A DNA stretch of 64,000 nucleotides from Octopus vulgaris (Eukaryota). The DNA lies in NCBI GenBank assembly GCA_951406725.2, contig OX597815.1:67704001-67768000 (forward strand). The letters run 5' to 3'. Shown here one piece after another: positions 42,150 to 56,523 of the stretch. A program made the position numbers and the translations under genes. The number at the start of each line of letters is the position of its first letter. Within the stretch, counting starts at the first letter, position 1. A model generated the notes under the pieces. The model was given only the letters and a program-made list of their open reading frames with translations. It was not told where the DNA came from and did not search any database.

Positions 42150-43900
42150 TACTTACTTACTATCAACGTTTTGCCTATTTTGGGGGATAAAAAGTAAAGA
42201 TTTTTACCTTTTATTTATAGAAAATAGATTATATTACAGAATTTTCTTGGTGTGCTTCTTTTTGAATTTAATTTGCCTATTTTATTAAAATATTAATTTT
42301 TGAGTTAACTGCCGTATTTAAATTGTTTCGTAGTAAAAACTTATGAAAATCACTTGCTTAAACCTTTGTGCAGATTCTTGAGAATATTAGGCGGATCATT
42401 TGCTACATTTTTCATATATAGTATTGTATCATTAGGTTTCACGTACAGTTGAAATGTACCCTTATTTACGTCAAAAATCAATCCAAAACACTAATATTTT
42501 TTAACTACTTATTGTTATTTTAAGGTCCAGATCTTTGAATAGTTCGGTCAATTATTTCTTTGGCCGTTCAATTTATTAGAAACTGAAAGACTATCATCTC
42601 TGTGTATTCCTCCATAGACTGAAGGAAATTCCTAGAATAGATGTAGTTGTGTAGATGTTGCGTCAGTCATACTCGCATCAAAAATGTGCGTGTTATTTGA
42701 CTTTATCTAAATACTACTATCATAGACATGAATAGATTTCCTTTCGTGCATTATAATTTGTATTTCCTTATCTATAATAACTGTGAAGTTTCATGAAATG
42801 AAGATCTATCAATAAGATTTGCTTTGTTATATACGAATAGTAATTCACTATGTCAAATAATGTGAAAACAGACAAAAAATCTTTTATCTCCGATAGATGA
42901 AACCAACTAATTAGAAATCAGCTGTTTTCCCACAGAGCCAGACAAGTACATTTTTACCTCCGCCAAGGAAGGAAGTTATGTTTTCATCTGCGTTGGTTTA
43001 TCCGTCTGTCTTTCTGAGTGCATAATAACTCAGACAGTTGTGAGCGGTATTTTATGAAACTTGCAGGAAAATTTGGTAATGACACAAGAAACAGATGATG
43101 AAATTTTGGTAGTGATCTGGGAATTTTTATGGATTCTTGAAGGATTTTTCATTTGTTATATTTACATTACATTAAGTATTACAAAGTTACGTTCTTTGAT
43201 TATCTCCCTTAAAAACACGTTCACCGTTTCCACGTAACCTATGATGGCGTTGCTGTTTCCAAAGTTTATTTTCGTTTCTCTATTAGTCATTTTACTCACG
43301 TATCTATCTTAAAATGAGCTTGGTGGAGGTCTGCGCTCTCCGAGTGCTTTCCTAGTATTATAGTGTTATCGATTCTGTATCTAATACAGTTTTGCTTATT
43401 CTACCAAGTTCTATTTTCGTATGTTTAATAAGACGAATGTTGGGATTACTCATAAAATTAGGTTTATTACCCTTAATAGTAACATTTACCTTTTTAAATC
43501 TAGGATCTGTCATCATTGAGACTAGAGACTTTAAGTTTGCGTTCCTTATTTATCCGGCGTTTTCTTATACTTGATGCTAATATATCTTTCAACAAATCAT
43601 TTTACACGTTATATCTTCTTTTCATAAACTTTTCTGGTTTTTATAAGCTTCGCAATCTTTCTCCAACTTTCTAATATTCTTCAAATTTCTAAGTGATTTC
43701 CTTCAAGAAGCGATTGAATTTGTTTTGTGTTTTTTCCTTCAACTTTAAATCCTGTTACATTTTGAAAATATCTCTCTCAAAGGTTTTAGTTGTTTATTCC
43801 CTGATGGACATCTAGTTCTCAGGTCCTAATTTATTGCTTTCGTTCTGTCTATTTTATTAATTTTGTCAAAAGAGAATGCCTTCCTTTTCATTCTTTTCAT
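42150..43900 (-). pseudogene. Highly decayed Naiad-like PLE reverse transcriptase, split by a Helentron-type insertion
   Basis: Manual minus-strand translation gives, in order: VTIKGNKPNFMSNPNIRLIKHTKIELGRISKTVLD; FTLFDIVNYYSYI; EIQIIMHERKSI; IFDASM; GGIHRDDSL (GLYRDDGL-like); YVKPNDTILYMKNVANDPPNILKN. Confidence 0.75.
42951..43356 (+). mobile_element. Non-autonomous Helentron-associated element (HINE/DINE-like)
   Basis: 5' T-run then ACCTCCGCCAAG; its subterminal inverted copy CTTGGTGGAGGT; short hairpin GCGCTC-TCC-GAGTGC; ends CTAGT; (TCTG)-like tract near the 5' end. Confidence 0.75.
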
Positions 43901-44044
43901 TAGATTTTCCAGACTATATATTTTTCATAAACTGTTTGTAAGGTTAACCTATATTCTTGGCTCATGTGCCAATCGGAAGTATGCTTATTACTTTAGTTAT
44001 GCTTGGAGGTAATAAAGATGAGTTTAATAAAAAAAAAATATGGA

Positions 44045-44650
44045 CTATAGAATCTAAAAATTATGGATATATAAATCTAGCTTTATAAGATGCTATCTAC
44101 GTTGAAAGTCAACAGAGTTTGCTTTAGAAGCTTTGAGATGTATTGAAAGATACAGATAAGGAAATAATTTTATTCTCAAACGCAGGATACTGCTAATAAT
44201 ATAGCACGAACAGAATAAACTATACATATTATGCAGAAAAATCTGTCGGCGGCCAGCCATGAGACTCAAACTCACATCTTTCAATACATCTCAACGCTTC
44301 TAAAGCAAACCTGTTTGTTGACTTTCGACGTAAGTTGAATTTAACGTACGATATAAAACTAGATTTATATATCCTAAATTTACAGAAGAATTTGTGGTTG
44401 GGGCAGTTTAGCTTAATGGCAAAAAAGCACTTGACGCGTAATCACAGGGTTATGAATTCGTGTCTCATGTTTGGCCGCCGACAGATTTTTCTGCAAAATA
44501 TGGATAGTTCATCCTGTTCATGCTATATTATTAGCATTATCCTGTGTTTGAGAATAAAATTATTTCCTTATCTGTATTTTTCAATGTATCTCAACGCTTC
44601 TAAAGCAAACGTTTTTTGCTGACTTTCAACGCAAGTTGAATTTATATATA
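44045..44650 (+). repeat. 300-bp unit (about 1.2 tandem copies) plus a 5' inverted arm
   Basis: TCTCAACGCTTCTAAAGCAAAC at 44289 and 44589. 44045-44278 is an inverted copy running from the tRNA T-arm through the unit junction. Confidence 0.85.
44402..44476 (+). tRNA. tRNA-Thr(CGT)-like sequence, degenerate (pseudogene)
   Basis: D-arm GCTT..AAGC, anticodon arm CTTGA-CGCGTAA-TCA(C)AG, T-loop TTCG. The inverted copy supplies GTGAG..CTCAT-GGCTGGCC. TTTTT follows at 44486-44490. Confidence 0.65.
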
Positions 44651-44779
44651 ATTACTTGTTTCAGTCAATAGACTGTGGCCATGCTGGAGCACCGCATGCA
44701 CACACACACACACTCACACACACATATATATATGTCAGTATGTATATATGTACGTGTATATATATAAAGATATATATAT

Positions 44780-44930
44780 ACCAGAGTAAGCACATGAATG
44801 TGAAACAAGGTGGAAAAAGAAAGTACTCGAATACCGGAGGTAGAGTAATATGCTTTATTATTAAAGCTGCAAAAGCATCACAAAGAACTTACTCAGAGTT
44901 TCGCGTTCCCGTTCGTCGGACAATTTGGTT
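44780..44930 (-). mobile_element. Short repeat with a degenerate hammerhead-like core
   Basis: Minus strand CCGACGA-aCG GGAA CGC-GAAA-CTCTGAG-TA. Stem I pairs poorly in this copy. Confidence 0.35.
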
Positions 44931-44974
44931 TAAGAATGGAACAAAAAAGTAATGTTATACTTATAAATATCCTT

Positions 44975-45183
44975 TTTACTATAGACACAAGGCCTGCAAT
45001 TTTGGCGAAAGAGGCCAGTCGATTAGATCGACTCCAGTACCAACTGGTACTTAATTTATCAATCCTGAAATGATGAAAGGCAAAGTCGACTTCGGCGGAA
45101 TTTAAACTCAGAATGTAGCAGCAGACGAATTACCTCTAAGCATTTCGCCTGGCGTGCTAACGATTCTGCCAACTCGTTGCCTT
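44975..45183 (-). mobile_element. SINE family A copy
   Basis: Full reverse-complement match to family A. Confidence 0.85.
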
Positions 45184-47734
45184 GTTATATTTATAGATAT
45201 ACAATTTACATTGACAGATACATATTTGAAAATTTGTTTTGTTTCATTTGTCCTTTCACCTAACGCGTTTTTAAGAACCGGTAATGTACATAAAATTAAA
45301 ATATTACAATTTAAAAATCATATTATGTAAAATCGAAGAAAACCTTAAATCAAAATTAACTTTAGTTAGAAGGAAAAAACATGTATACCCAGAGTAAATA
45401 ATTAATGGCAAATTGAATTTAAAAATATAAGAAATATTCACTTACATAAATAAATACACGTACAAGCGTATACAAAGCATTCACTTATACACACAAAAAT
45501 ACATACATATATACACTAAACATACAAATGTTGATACATACATATATACAAACATATACAAGGAAAATATAAATGTGAATATATATGCTTATGTATATAC
45601 CGATATCTATATACACATCATACGTGAGTATATTTTAAATGCACAGCTTAGTTGTTGCAAGTTAGAGAAAGACCGTTAGTTCTTAAAAAGACCGGTAGCT
45701 GAAAGGACCAATGAAACAAAACCAATGCTCAAATGTATATCTGTCAATGTAAATTTTATATTTATAAATACAACATAAATGTTTTGTTCCATTCTTAACC
45801 AAAACCGTCCGATGAACGGTGTGTGTGTGTGTTTACATACACACGTTTGAAGTGTTAGCATGTTAAGTTTCGTTTTAATGTTCTTCCTACTTATTGGCGA
45901 GAAAGAATACCTGAAAAGATGATATAATGTATACAAGGAGAATACAATATTTAATCATGTTAAGACATGCAATGATAAACCTAAGAAATGAAACATTTTG
46001 ATAAGATTCAGTAATCTTGGAATTTCTTCAAAACCATTCTCAACGGCAAGACTTGAAGTCCGAATTTCAACTCAGCATATTAGAACACCTTTTATTGAAT
46101 CCATTTTAATCTAGTGTCTACAGTAAATGCAATAGAAAAATAATAGAATTACCTAAATGGTTCCGAACTACCTAGAGCTTCTTGGTCATACTCAAACCTA
46201 TCATATTACATTAGATAAGAGCTATCATCCATTAGCATTTAGAGAACGTCAACTAACGGACTTGGTTCAGTTTTTATCGGAACACACGGTAAAACAAATA
46301 GCTCGTAAAATAAAATGATTTTAGAAATGTCCATACAATAGTAACTTTAAGTAGGATTGATGTATCTAAGTAATGTCCATGAATCATTGAGGTATTACTA
46401 CTAGATAACGCCCCTGAATGCAGTTGGACGACTTAATAAAATATGAAATGAAAGTTTATTCGCGCGAAAACGGAACAGCTAAAAGTAAAGCTATGTAATA
46501 TTTAAAAAGAGAGAAATATTCTGCATCGTTGACTGTCTTAGTTATAAATACAATAAAGCATATTTAGAATTAGAAAACGAATCACTCCCTATCACTCCCC
46601 CAACTTTCGAAACACACAAATGTCATAAATACACAAATTCCCCACGTACATCTGGCCAAAACATATCGATTATATAATGGCCACCAAAACAAAGCCAGTT
46701 CCTCTTTAAACAAATGTCAGATTTATAAATTTATTTCATCTTAACATCAAAATGTAAGAATTTATTCTTGTTCTATATTCTAATGATTGAACTTTCTGAG
46801 GCTGTCCATCAAACTAGAGAACCTGTTTCTTTAGGTTTCTTTATGTATTTGAGAGAAGAGACAGAACCCAGCCTCTTTCTACAATCTTCCTGAATAGTAA
46901 ATGTTTTTCAGCAATAACGTATCGATTCATTTTTAATAAGTTAGGGTTGATTCGAAGGCGAATATCTGATCTTGTTGTTTTCCATCTTCGGAGAAAACCT
47001 CCGGTGTGTTTTCACAACATGCAATTCACCGGTATAAGGGTAGATTGAGATACGGTAGATTGAGTGTTTCCTCAGTCAAAGCCACCCGACCAGACCGATG
47101 AATTTAAAAAAAGCTTTCTTTATGCAAATCAGCAAAACAAATTATTTGCTGATGCGTGTTGATGTCTAACAAACTGATGATAATTCAGGGGTTCACGTAG
47201 AACAGCAAGAATCCAATGTTGGAATCTGCCAAAACATATTGAGAATGAATTGATACGTTACTGTTTGGATTCATGCTGTTCTGCGTGCTTACTACGAATT
47301 TATTAAATGTTTTCCCGTTTTCTTTTTTCATTTTTCGCTTTTTTTTATTTGTAAAATTGATTATAATCCCTACAGTTCGCTCATTCATCATGTCAACTTG
47401 GAAAACTTAATCTTGGTGTAGCCTATGTAGATTATGTCATCTTGCTAGTCTCCATTGGTTTGTATAACATGCAGTCATAATTTTATTCAATTCAGTTGGT
47501 TGAAATAGAAACCATCTGCCAATTTTGCAATTTACGGAAGTGAATTACTCCTTACTTGTGGCATGTATTTACAGACAGGTGGAATTAACTAACAGAGTCT
47601 AATCTCTAAGCTTATTAGACTATATCCTGTCAAGCCAGCCAACTGTACTCTACCTCTACTAGAAGTTTATTTTGAATGATTGCAATATTTGCTGAAGTTT
47701 GTGGTTCTAACAAAGGTTTCTACAAATTAGAGAC

Positions 47735-48097
47735 TCACGCATGGTTCTGTGGTTAAGAAGCTCGCTTTGTAACAACGTGGTTTCGAGTTCAATTCCCATT
47801 GCATAGCACATTTGGGGAGTGTCTTCTACTATAGCCCAGGGGCGACAATTTGGTAGACAAAATCTGTGGAAGTTTGTCATGTGTGTGAGTGTGTATGTGC
47901 GTATGTGTGTGTGTCTTTGTATGTGTTTATCCCTCATATACATAAAAATTTGACAATTTGATCTCTTTACGTTCCTGTTGATCTCTTTACGTTCCTGTAA
48001 CTTTGCGGTTTGGAAGAGGGAAGCGCTAGAATAAGTACCGGACTTTAAAATAAGTACTGAGAATGATTGAAACAAGTCCAATGATTGAAACAAGTAA
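47735..48097 (+). mobile_element. SINE family B copy
   Basis: Homologous to 3281-3680, with a 20-bp internal tandem duplication (TTGATCTCTTTACGTTCCTG). Confidence 0.75.
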
Positions 48098-48200
48098 AAG
48101 AAAAAACAGTTTAGAACTGTGTCTCTGAAAGTGAAACGAAATATGGGTAACAGAAGGAAACATAAATGATGAGAGCGCTTTGAAGTAGGATAGAAATGGC

Positions 48201-48233
<33 letters not shown>

Positions 48234-49652
48234 CAGCAGCAGCAGAAGCAGCAGGGTAGGTGTAGATAAAAGAAACGTCCTGTACCTCATAGGGCATAAG
48301 TTGAACACGGATGTCTTCGATTTCATACAGTGTCACGACCAGGAGTGAAAATACAGGGATTCGTTTCTGCCCATCGTATTTAATACCGACGGAAACTGAT
48401 TGAAGTGGCTATACCAGGGTTCAAACCACAATCGGAACTCATCTTACAGACATCTCACCAATAATCTATAATACAGATAAGCAACTTTGTAAAAAAACAT
48501 TTTTTTTCACCGTCGATACAAATTTAGCACCGTTGAAAATTAAATTTTATATTATTATTGACCCCGTTGCCTAACGAACACTGATTTTTCATTATGTTGC
48601 GTCACATTATTAGCAATAATGTACATTAAATGCCCTACTAACTTTATTTTAGCTTGCAGTTATGACTCTTTGATTAAAAGTAAAGTCAACCAATATGTCA
48701 ACCGTCTCAATCAACTAGATATAATACAGAAGATGTAACAAAACTGTATACGTCTAGTTTTACCAGAATTTGTTCATGAACAGTGATCTATGTGTCAACT
48801 GTAGTGTGATAACCAACCACATTTGCTGTTAAATGTTTTAAATGGCAATAAATTGATATAATTCCCAGAATATGAATTTATTTATTTATAGATTGTCTAG
48901 TCTAGTCTGGAGTTAATAAGACTGGTGAAGCCATTGAAAAGAAAAAAGACAGAGAAAAATGATCTAAGGTGATATCATTAGTGTGGGTATGAAAAGGTTT
49001 GAAAGTGATAATGACCAGATAATGTATAAAATGAAAAAAATATCCTGAAAATGATGTATCTTAAAGAAAAGTTTGATTTGAAGAGATAATAGATTTTTTT
49101 ACGAAGCACAGCAGATTGTTGTTTTAATATGGTACTGGCGAGCAAACGACAATATTATACCATGATTAGGAACAAGATGGTATGATCTCAACAGACGAGT
49201 CCAAATTGGATGAAGAAACTCTGAATTAAATATCACTCTTCAGGGGTGTACCAGTAAATTAGCTGGCTTTAATGAGTACAGTTTCATTCCAGACAAAGTT
49301 ATTTTCTAGAAACTGTCAGAAATTTGTTCTTTATCCGCTTAACGTTAGATACATCGAATCGAAATGAAGTTCTGCTCTGTTGGACACTTGGAGGTTTGTG
49401 AGGTAATTACATTTTCATTTGGGGTCGGCTATAACTTAAAATTAAAAAGTTTAGCGAGAAAACTAAGTGATTTGGGTTGCACTTCGGGCAACAGTTTTCT
49501 GCAATAACACAAGGCTGACCAAAGTCTTGTGAATAAATTTAGCAGACGGAAACTGTGCAGAAACCTTTCATATATATGTGTGTGTATTTGTCCTCCACCA
49601 CTGCCTGACAACAGACAAAAGATTCCGGTAGACTAAGCGCCAAACTTTAAAT

Positions 49653-50110
49653 AAGAACACAAATGGGATTTAAAATTAACGACAGCTGTTTCGGTAGAAT
49701 TTTATTTATGTCTTCATAAATTATATCATAGCATATAACCAGCCATACTCAGGTAAAATTTTAATCAGATATCAAACCAATATGAAGAATCCAACCAACC
49801 TCGCTGCAATTACCTGTCATTAAACATATATCAATATGTTTAAAATTTTACTTGAAGACGGTGGTTTTTTTGTTATGATGTAATCAATGACTACATAAAC
49901 AAAACTCTACCAAAACAGCTGTTGTAAATTTTAAACCGCATTTGTGTTTTTTAATACCTACGCCGCACCTAGAACCAACCCTAAGTTGAATTTACTGTTT
50001 AAATTGGATCTAGTACTTACGTATCTACAGTATCTTACCAATACCTGATATCTTGGTTGTTTCACCTCAATGTGAAGTCTAGCCATCTCTGGCGCCTTAC
50101 CTGTTGATAT
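49653..50110. mobile_element. Older PLE-like element with inverted hammerhead-bearing arms
   Basis: 49655-49762 is inverted relative to ~49841-49950. The two arms give the consensus AATTTTAC-CTGAAGA-..GGT..ACC-GAAA-CAGCTG-TC-GTAAATT. Confidence 0.6.
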
Positions 50111-50518
50111 ATCTAGATTTTATTGAATCCGATCACTAAGCTATGTCCGTTTATTATTCGCTTCGTTATGAATATTATTTCGTTTGTATATTGTATATTG
50201 TATAAAACATATTTATTTTATGTTTGTACGTTCACTTTCTGTTTAATCGCTATTTCCGTTCAATCGCTATTTCCCGGTGTCTTCTCGTCACTGACACCAC
50301 CAAAGGGGAACACTATAATCGTTAAAGGCATGAAATGGCTGAGATCCTTTGGGCGATAACTGACGAAGATTGACGACATTCTCTGTGTTTCCCGTTTGTT
50401 CCCTTTCTTTGTGCTTTTGTTTTTTAAACACACACACACACGCACATACACACGAACACACACACACACATATATATATATACAACTTCTCACAAATATA
50501 TACAACACACACATATAT

Positions 50519-50610
<92 letters not shown>

Positions 50611-51065
50611 CTCCTCACACAAATCAGATATGGCAGTACCATGAAAACAAAAATGAAATATGTTGTTTTTTATGGAGAAAATGTAAACAATAGATTCCAG
50701 ACTATTCTTTATTTGCCACTTATAGAAGAATACAAGAAAGTGAAAGTAGAGCAAAACCATTTCTGGTTGAATTTATATAGTTTATAATTGCATATGCTTC
50801 TCAACAAGTGCGAAACTGTTTGTTGAAGAAATGTTTAAGAAAGTCTGAGAGCAGCAGAAACATCACAACAGACATCATAATAAGAAAAAGGAAAATATAA
50901 GAGAACGTTTGAAGTAGTTGAGTCGAAATAAGAATAAGACAAATTTTGTTGTAATAACAAATAAAGTGAAACAACATAGCAGACAAAGTAAGAGAATTAA
51001 ATTTGGAGTGACGAAATATAAGACATTGCCTAAAGTGAAAGACCCTCGAGAATTACATACATAGA

Positions 51066-51142
<77 letters not shown>

Positions 51143-51278
51143 GTGTGTGTGTGTGCGTATGACTATATGAAATATAGGATTTGAAAATACATAAATATGT
51201 GGAATAATAATAATAATAATAACTATAGCAAAAACAACAATAATGATAATAATGATGATGATGATGATGATGAAGATT

Positions 51279-51310
<32 letters not shown>

Positions 51311-51504
51311 GATGATGATGATGATGGTGGTGGTGGTGGTGGTGGTGGTGGTGGTGGTGATGATGATGATGATGATGATGATGATAATGACAACGGTGAC
51401 GATAACGATGATTTTGTGAGAAACTTGAGTGTTCGATAGAGTTGTTACAAGAAGTTTGTCAGACTCACTAGGAAATTTTTAGAGGGTTGAAAAGAACAAA
51501 TAAT

Positions 51505-51685
51505 CCTTTCTACTAAAGGCACAAGGCCTGAAATTTGGGGGGGGGGACTAGTTGATTACATCAATCATAGTGTTTCACTGGTACTTAATTTATTGACCCC
51601 GAAAGTATGTAAGACAAAGTCAACCTCGGTGGAATTTGAACTCAGAAGACGGGCGAAATGCCGCTAAGCATTTTGCTCGGCCTAC
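51505..51685 (-). mobile_element. SINE family A copy
   Basis: Reverse-complement match to the family A core. Confidence 0.8.
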
Positions 51686-51699
51686 TCTTCTTGATTGTT

Positions 51700-52675
51700 C
51701 TGCCAGTGTTGACTGAAAAACCTCAGAGGATAGTGACATTTTTACCTCCAGCGACTGGCTCAGGATGACGTTTAAACCAGTAAGCAGGAGTGCTGATTTT
51801 GTAAGGTTTACATATTTTCCAATGTAAATACTGTCCTACCCTGTCGTGGCGATTTTGTATTCGCTTGGTGTCAGCACAGGACATCCCGAAACAAGATGTT
51901 TCGTCAGATGTTTCGTAGAATCCGCATTTAGGGTCAGAACCGTTTTGAAGAACGTTAGCCTGGTACTTTTTCATAATCAAGCCTTGATTTTGTGCCACCA
52001 ATATGAAACCTTCAGTCTCTGCTTCAGTTCTGAGCTTCTTAGCCACTGATTGCTTGATCTACATCAGCATTTCGATTTCGAAGTATATAATGTCCATGCA
52101 GAGGCTTCTGGCTCCACCGCTCCTCAATTTGTTTCTGCCCGTTCTTTATTGCAGTCTATTTGATCCGTTTTGCTTGTTTTGTTTGTTTTTGGTGGCAGTG
52201 GTTTAAGGTTCTTCCTCTACTTCAGGGTTAATATCACGTTCCCTTTCGAATTTGCAAGCTTCCTTGACAACAGAATGTGATCTTTTCCTGCTTTCGTGTT
52301 AGCACACAAGTTGCAACATCCAGTTCTCTGTACTACATGTTCATTGCTATTGTGGAGGTCTTATAGCTCAGTTTTACCTGCATCATTCCTCTTCCCCCAT
52401 TACTTCTAGGTAGGTACAGATAAACGTCTGCTTTTGTGTGGTGCATGTTCTTAGATGTTAGTAGTCTTCTTTTCTTCCTGTCCAGGCGTTGGAGCACTGT
52501 AAGTTTCCAATTAATAATAAAACTGTATTGGACTACTGTAAGTGTCAGGGTGTTAATGACTTCGATGCGATTTTGGAGTCGAATTCAGTTTTTAGTATGA
52601 GTCATATTCTCCTCTCCTGTAATACTCTTATTCTTTCCTTCATAGTAGCATGTTATGTACCATCTCCTTCGTTTG
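51700..52675 (-). mobile_element. R4/Dong-like retrotransposon, post-RT region (non-inverted part)
   Basis: ETEGFILVAQNQGL, KCGFY, RHDRVGQYLHWKICK..HPEPV..VTIL; also HHTKADVYLYLPRSNGGRGM on the minus strand. Confidence 0.85.
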
Positions 52676-52679
52676 ACAT

Positions 52680-53342
<663 letters not shown>

Positions 53343-53548
53343 AAGAAGAAGAAGAAGAGCAACAAGAATTCCTTCTACTATAGGTACAATATTGATTGAT
53401 ATTTATTTTATCGACCACGAAATGATGAAAAGCACAAAATCGACCTCAGCTCAAAGAGTAAAGACAGATGCAATGCCGCTAAGCATTTTGCCTGACATGC
53501 TTAACGATTCTGCCAGTTTGCCAACCTAATAATAACAACAACAATAAT

Positions 53549-53629
<81 letters not shown>

Positions 53630-55111
53630 TTTTTCAACTATTACTGTTAATGATATTGGTTTCACATTTTGGCACAAGGCTAGCAAATTAGAGGGAACCC
53701 AGAACTCAAACTGAGAACAAATGATTTTGTACGAAGAAGCGATCTAGCTTCTATAAAGGTTCTGTATTTAAGAGAACCACCAAAGTAACGTTAGTTAGCT
53801 ATGTCGAAAGTTAACTAATCTTAGAATGATCTACCGGGTACCATACAAGTGTGTTTGGTACTGATTATATCAATTTACACCACCATCTTTGAATTTAAAT
53901 CAGATCTAATGAAGCTACTTAAATGAGGAAATGCAATATCTTATATTGAGTTAATCAAGATATCGACTAAGAAAGAATAATATACAATACGTTAGCATTT
54001 TTGGATTTATGGTAAAGAGCTTTTATGCTTTTATCCAAAAGCAAAATTTGAAAGATTGTGATCGCACATGAGCCTTTGTTAAAATCAAGATTGAATCCAA
54101 ACTCTTGATATAATGATGTCTAGATATATTTTTGCATTTAGACAGCTTTTATCGTTTCGCTTTACGATACACTGTCTTCAGTCTCTCTCTTCCTGTCTAT
54201 TCTATCTCTATATCTCACTATTCATGTATGTATGTATGTATGTATGTATGTATGTATGTATGTATGTATGTATGTATGTATGTATGTATGTATGCATGCA
54301 TGCGTGAATGTTTGTATGTATCTATATATGTTTGTATGTATGTTTATAAGTGCCTATGTATATATGTATGCGTGTATGTATGAATGCATGTACGAGTATG
54401 TATATATACGCATGCATGTCTATATGTATATATTATGTATGTGTGCATATGTATGTGTATATGCATGTATGTGTATATATATATTTATGTATGAATGTAT
54501 GTATAAATGGATGTATATATGTACATGTATGTGTATTATGTGTATATATATCTATGGATGTATGTATATCTGTATGTACATGTGTATGTGCCTCCAGAAA
54601 GAAAGTTTCGTCTTTACAAACAGTTATACAACATCAGAATTGTATAAATATGAATGTAGTTGTGTATAAGTTGAATATAAGATACCCGTAGAGTGTGCAT
54701 AACATTATGTAATGTGTACATATCATGTGCTTTCTAAAAGAAACACTTAAAATACACATATACATCGACGCACATACATACATGCTCCAATACTGTCGCT
54801 CAAATATCACCGACATTTACACACATGCGCATACATTAGCACACAGAGACAAGTACCCGCACGCAGGCGTGCGCACACTCAAACACATACCCATACACAC
54901 ACACACGCACACGCGTGCGCATACACGCACGAAAACACACACGCATATAAAACATTTATATACATATAAGCATACACAATCAGACACAAACACAGAAACG
55001 TACATACATATATACAGAAACACATACGCACAAACCCATACGTGCACACACACGCACTATGACAAATACATATACATACAAACACACATACACAAAAACA
55101 TTTACATATAA

Positions 55112-55680
55112 TATGGCAGTCCCGGTTGGGACGAATGCTACTGTTGTTTAGCCCTAGGAAACATCATCTCCAGTTGGCTATACGACACACTATCTGTGTC
55201 CTTATATATTCGAACAGATCCCAACCGGAACTGCACTATTATATTGGCAAATAACCTTTACTTTGAAGTACTGTTGCTGTATATCTCTCGTTGGGAGACT
55301 TAGAAGTAATAATGTTTCTATTTAGTAGATCAGTGATTATGTATCACTGTGAAAATTATATATTTTCGAACGGACATTTTAGCAGCGCCACCCTCAGCCG
55401 AGTGATTATTCCGTGCCGAAAAAGGGAAATAAACCTTATACCACGGTCCACAGATATTACTCTATGCTGGCGTGAGGATGCTGAACACCCCGGTCCGAAA
55501 ATATAAGGACGCAGATAAATTGTCGTATAGCCAGCTGGAGACGATGTTTCTTGGGGCTAAGCAACAGTAGCATTCATCCCAACCGGGACTGCCGTATTTT
55601 ATTGGCAAATAATCTTTACTTTAAAGTACTGTTACTATATGTTTCTCGTTGAGAGATTTAGAAATAATAGCGTTTCTATA
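55112..55680. repeat. ~358-bp structured unit (about 1.3 tandem copies) plus an inverted arm, between TA/CA tracts
   Basis: 55113-55214 is inverted relative to ~55495-55594. 55218-55320 repeats directly at ~55576-55678. Confidence 0.85.
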
Positions 55681-55899
55681 TATATATATGTGTGTGTGTG
55701 TGTCTAATATATATATATATATATACGTACATACACACAAGCAAGCATCCATATATACATGTGTATGCATATATACATATCTATACATAGATAGATAAAT
55801 AGTACATAGATAGACACGTACATACAAACAAGCACGCATACATGTATATATGTGTATGCATATATACATACATGCATGCACATATATATGTATATGTGC

Positions 55900-55960
<61 letters not shown>

Positions 55961-56425
55961 CGTGTGCGTGTGCGTGTATGTGAGTGTATACAGTGTGAGG
56001 TGCATGTGTGAGCACATAGGTAAAAGCAATGGAAGCATGTATTAAAATTAAGACTTAGTCTGCTGCAAGCGATCTGTTGTATTCTACTTTATTTTTTCTG
56101 AACAGAATTTCAGCATTTCGCCTCATGTTCCATTGCTGGCGGGAACATATATCAAATACTGTAGGTAAAGATGACTGGAGATTAAAATCTATTGATAGAT
56201 ACCTTACTATCACATACGATCTTACGTTCATACCATCACGTTCGTACAATTAACTCTATTCATCGTTCGATTGTATTTATGCATGTATGCGTATTTATTT
56301 ATATCTATATGTATTGATGGATAGATGTATGGATGTATGTGCATGTACATGTGCCTTCTAATATATACGAATATCTCTCTGTGTAATTTTTTTGTTACTG
56401 TCGTTTCCTATTTGTTCTTATGTTT

Positions 56426-56523
<98 letters not shown>

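Noticed and set aside
46780-47640. Possible Gypsy integrase remnants (NERTVG, QVELTNRV-like)
   Set aside because: The motifs are too short, lie on inconsistent strands and cannot be verified without a profile search.
51197-51439. Acidic Asp/Gly-rich ORF
   Set aside because: It is a (GAT)n/(GGT)n trinucleotide microsatellite.
56055-56249. 64-aa non-repetitive ORF as a host exon
   Set aside because: No recognisable domain or convincing splice-site pair.
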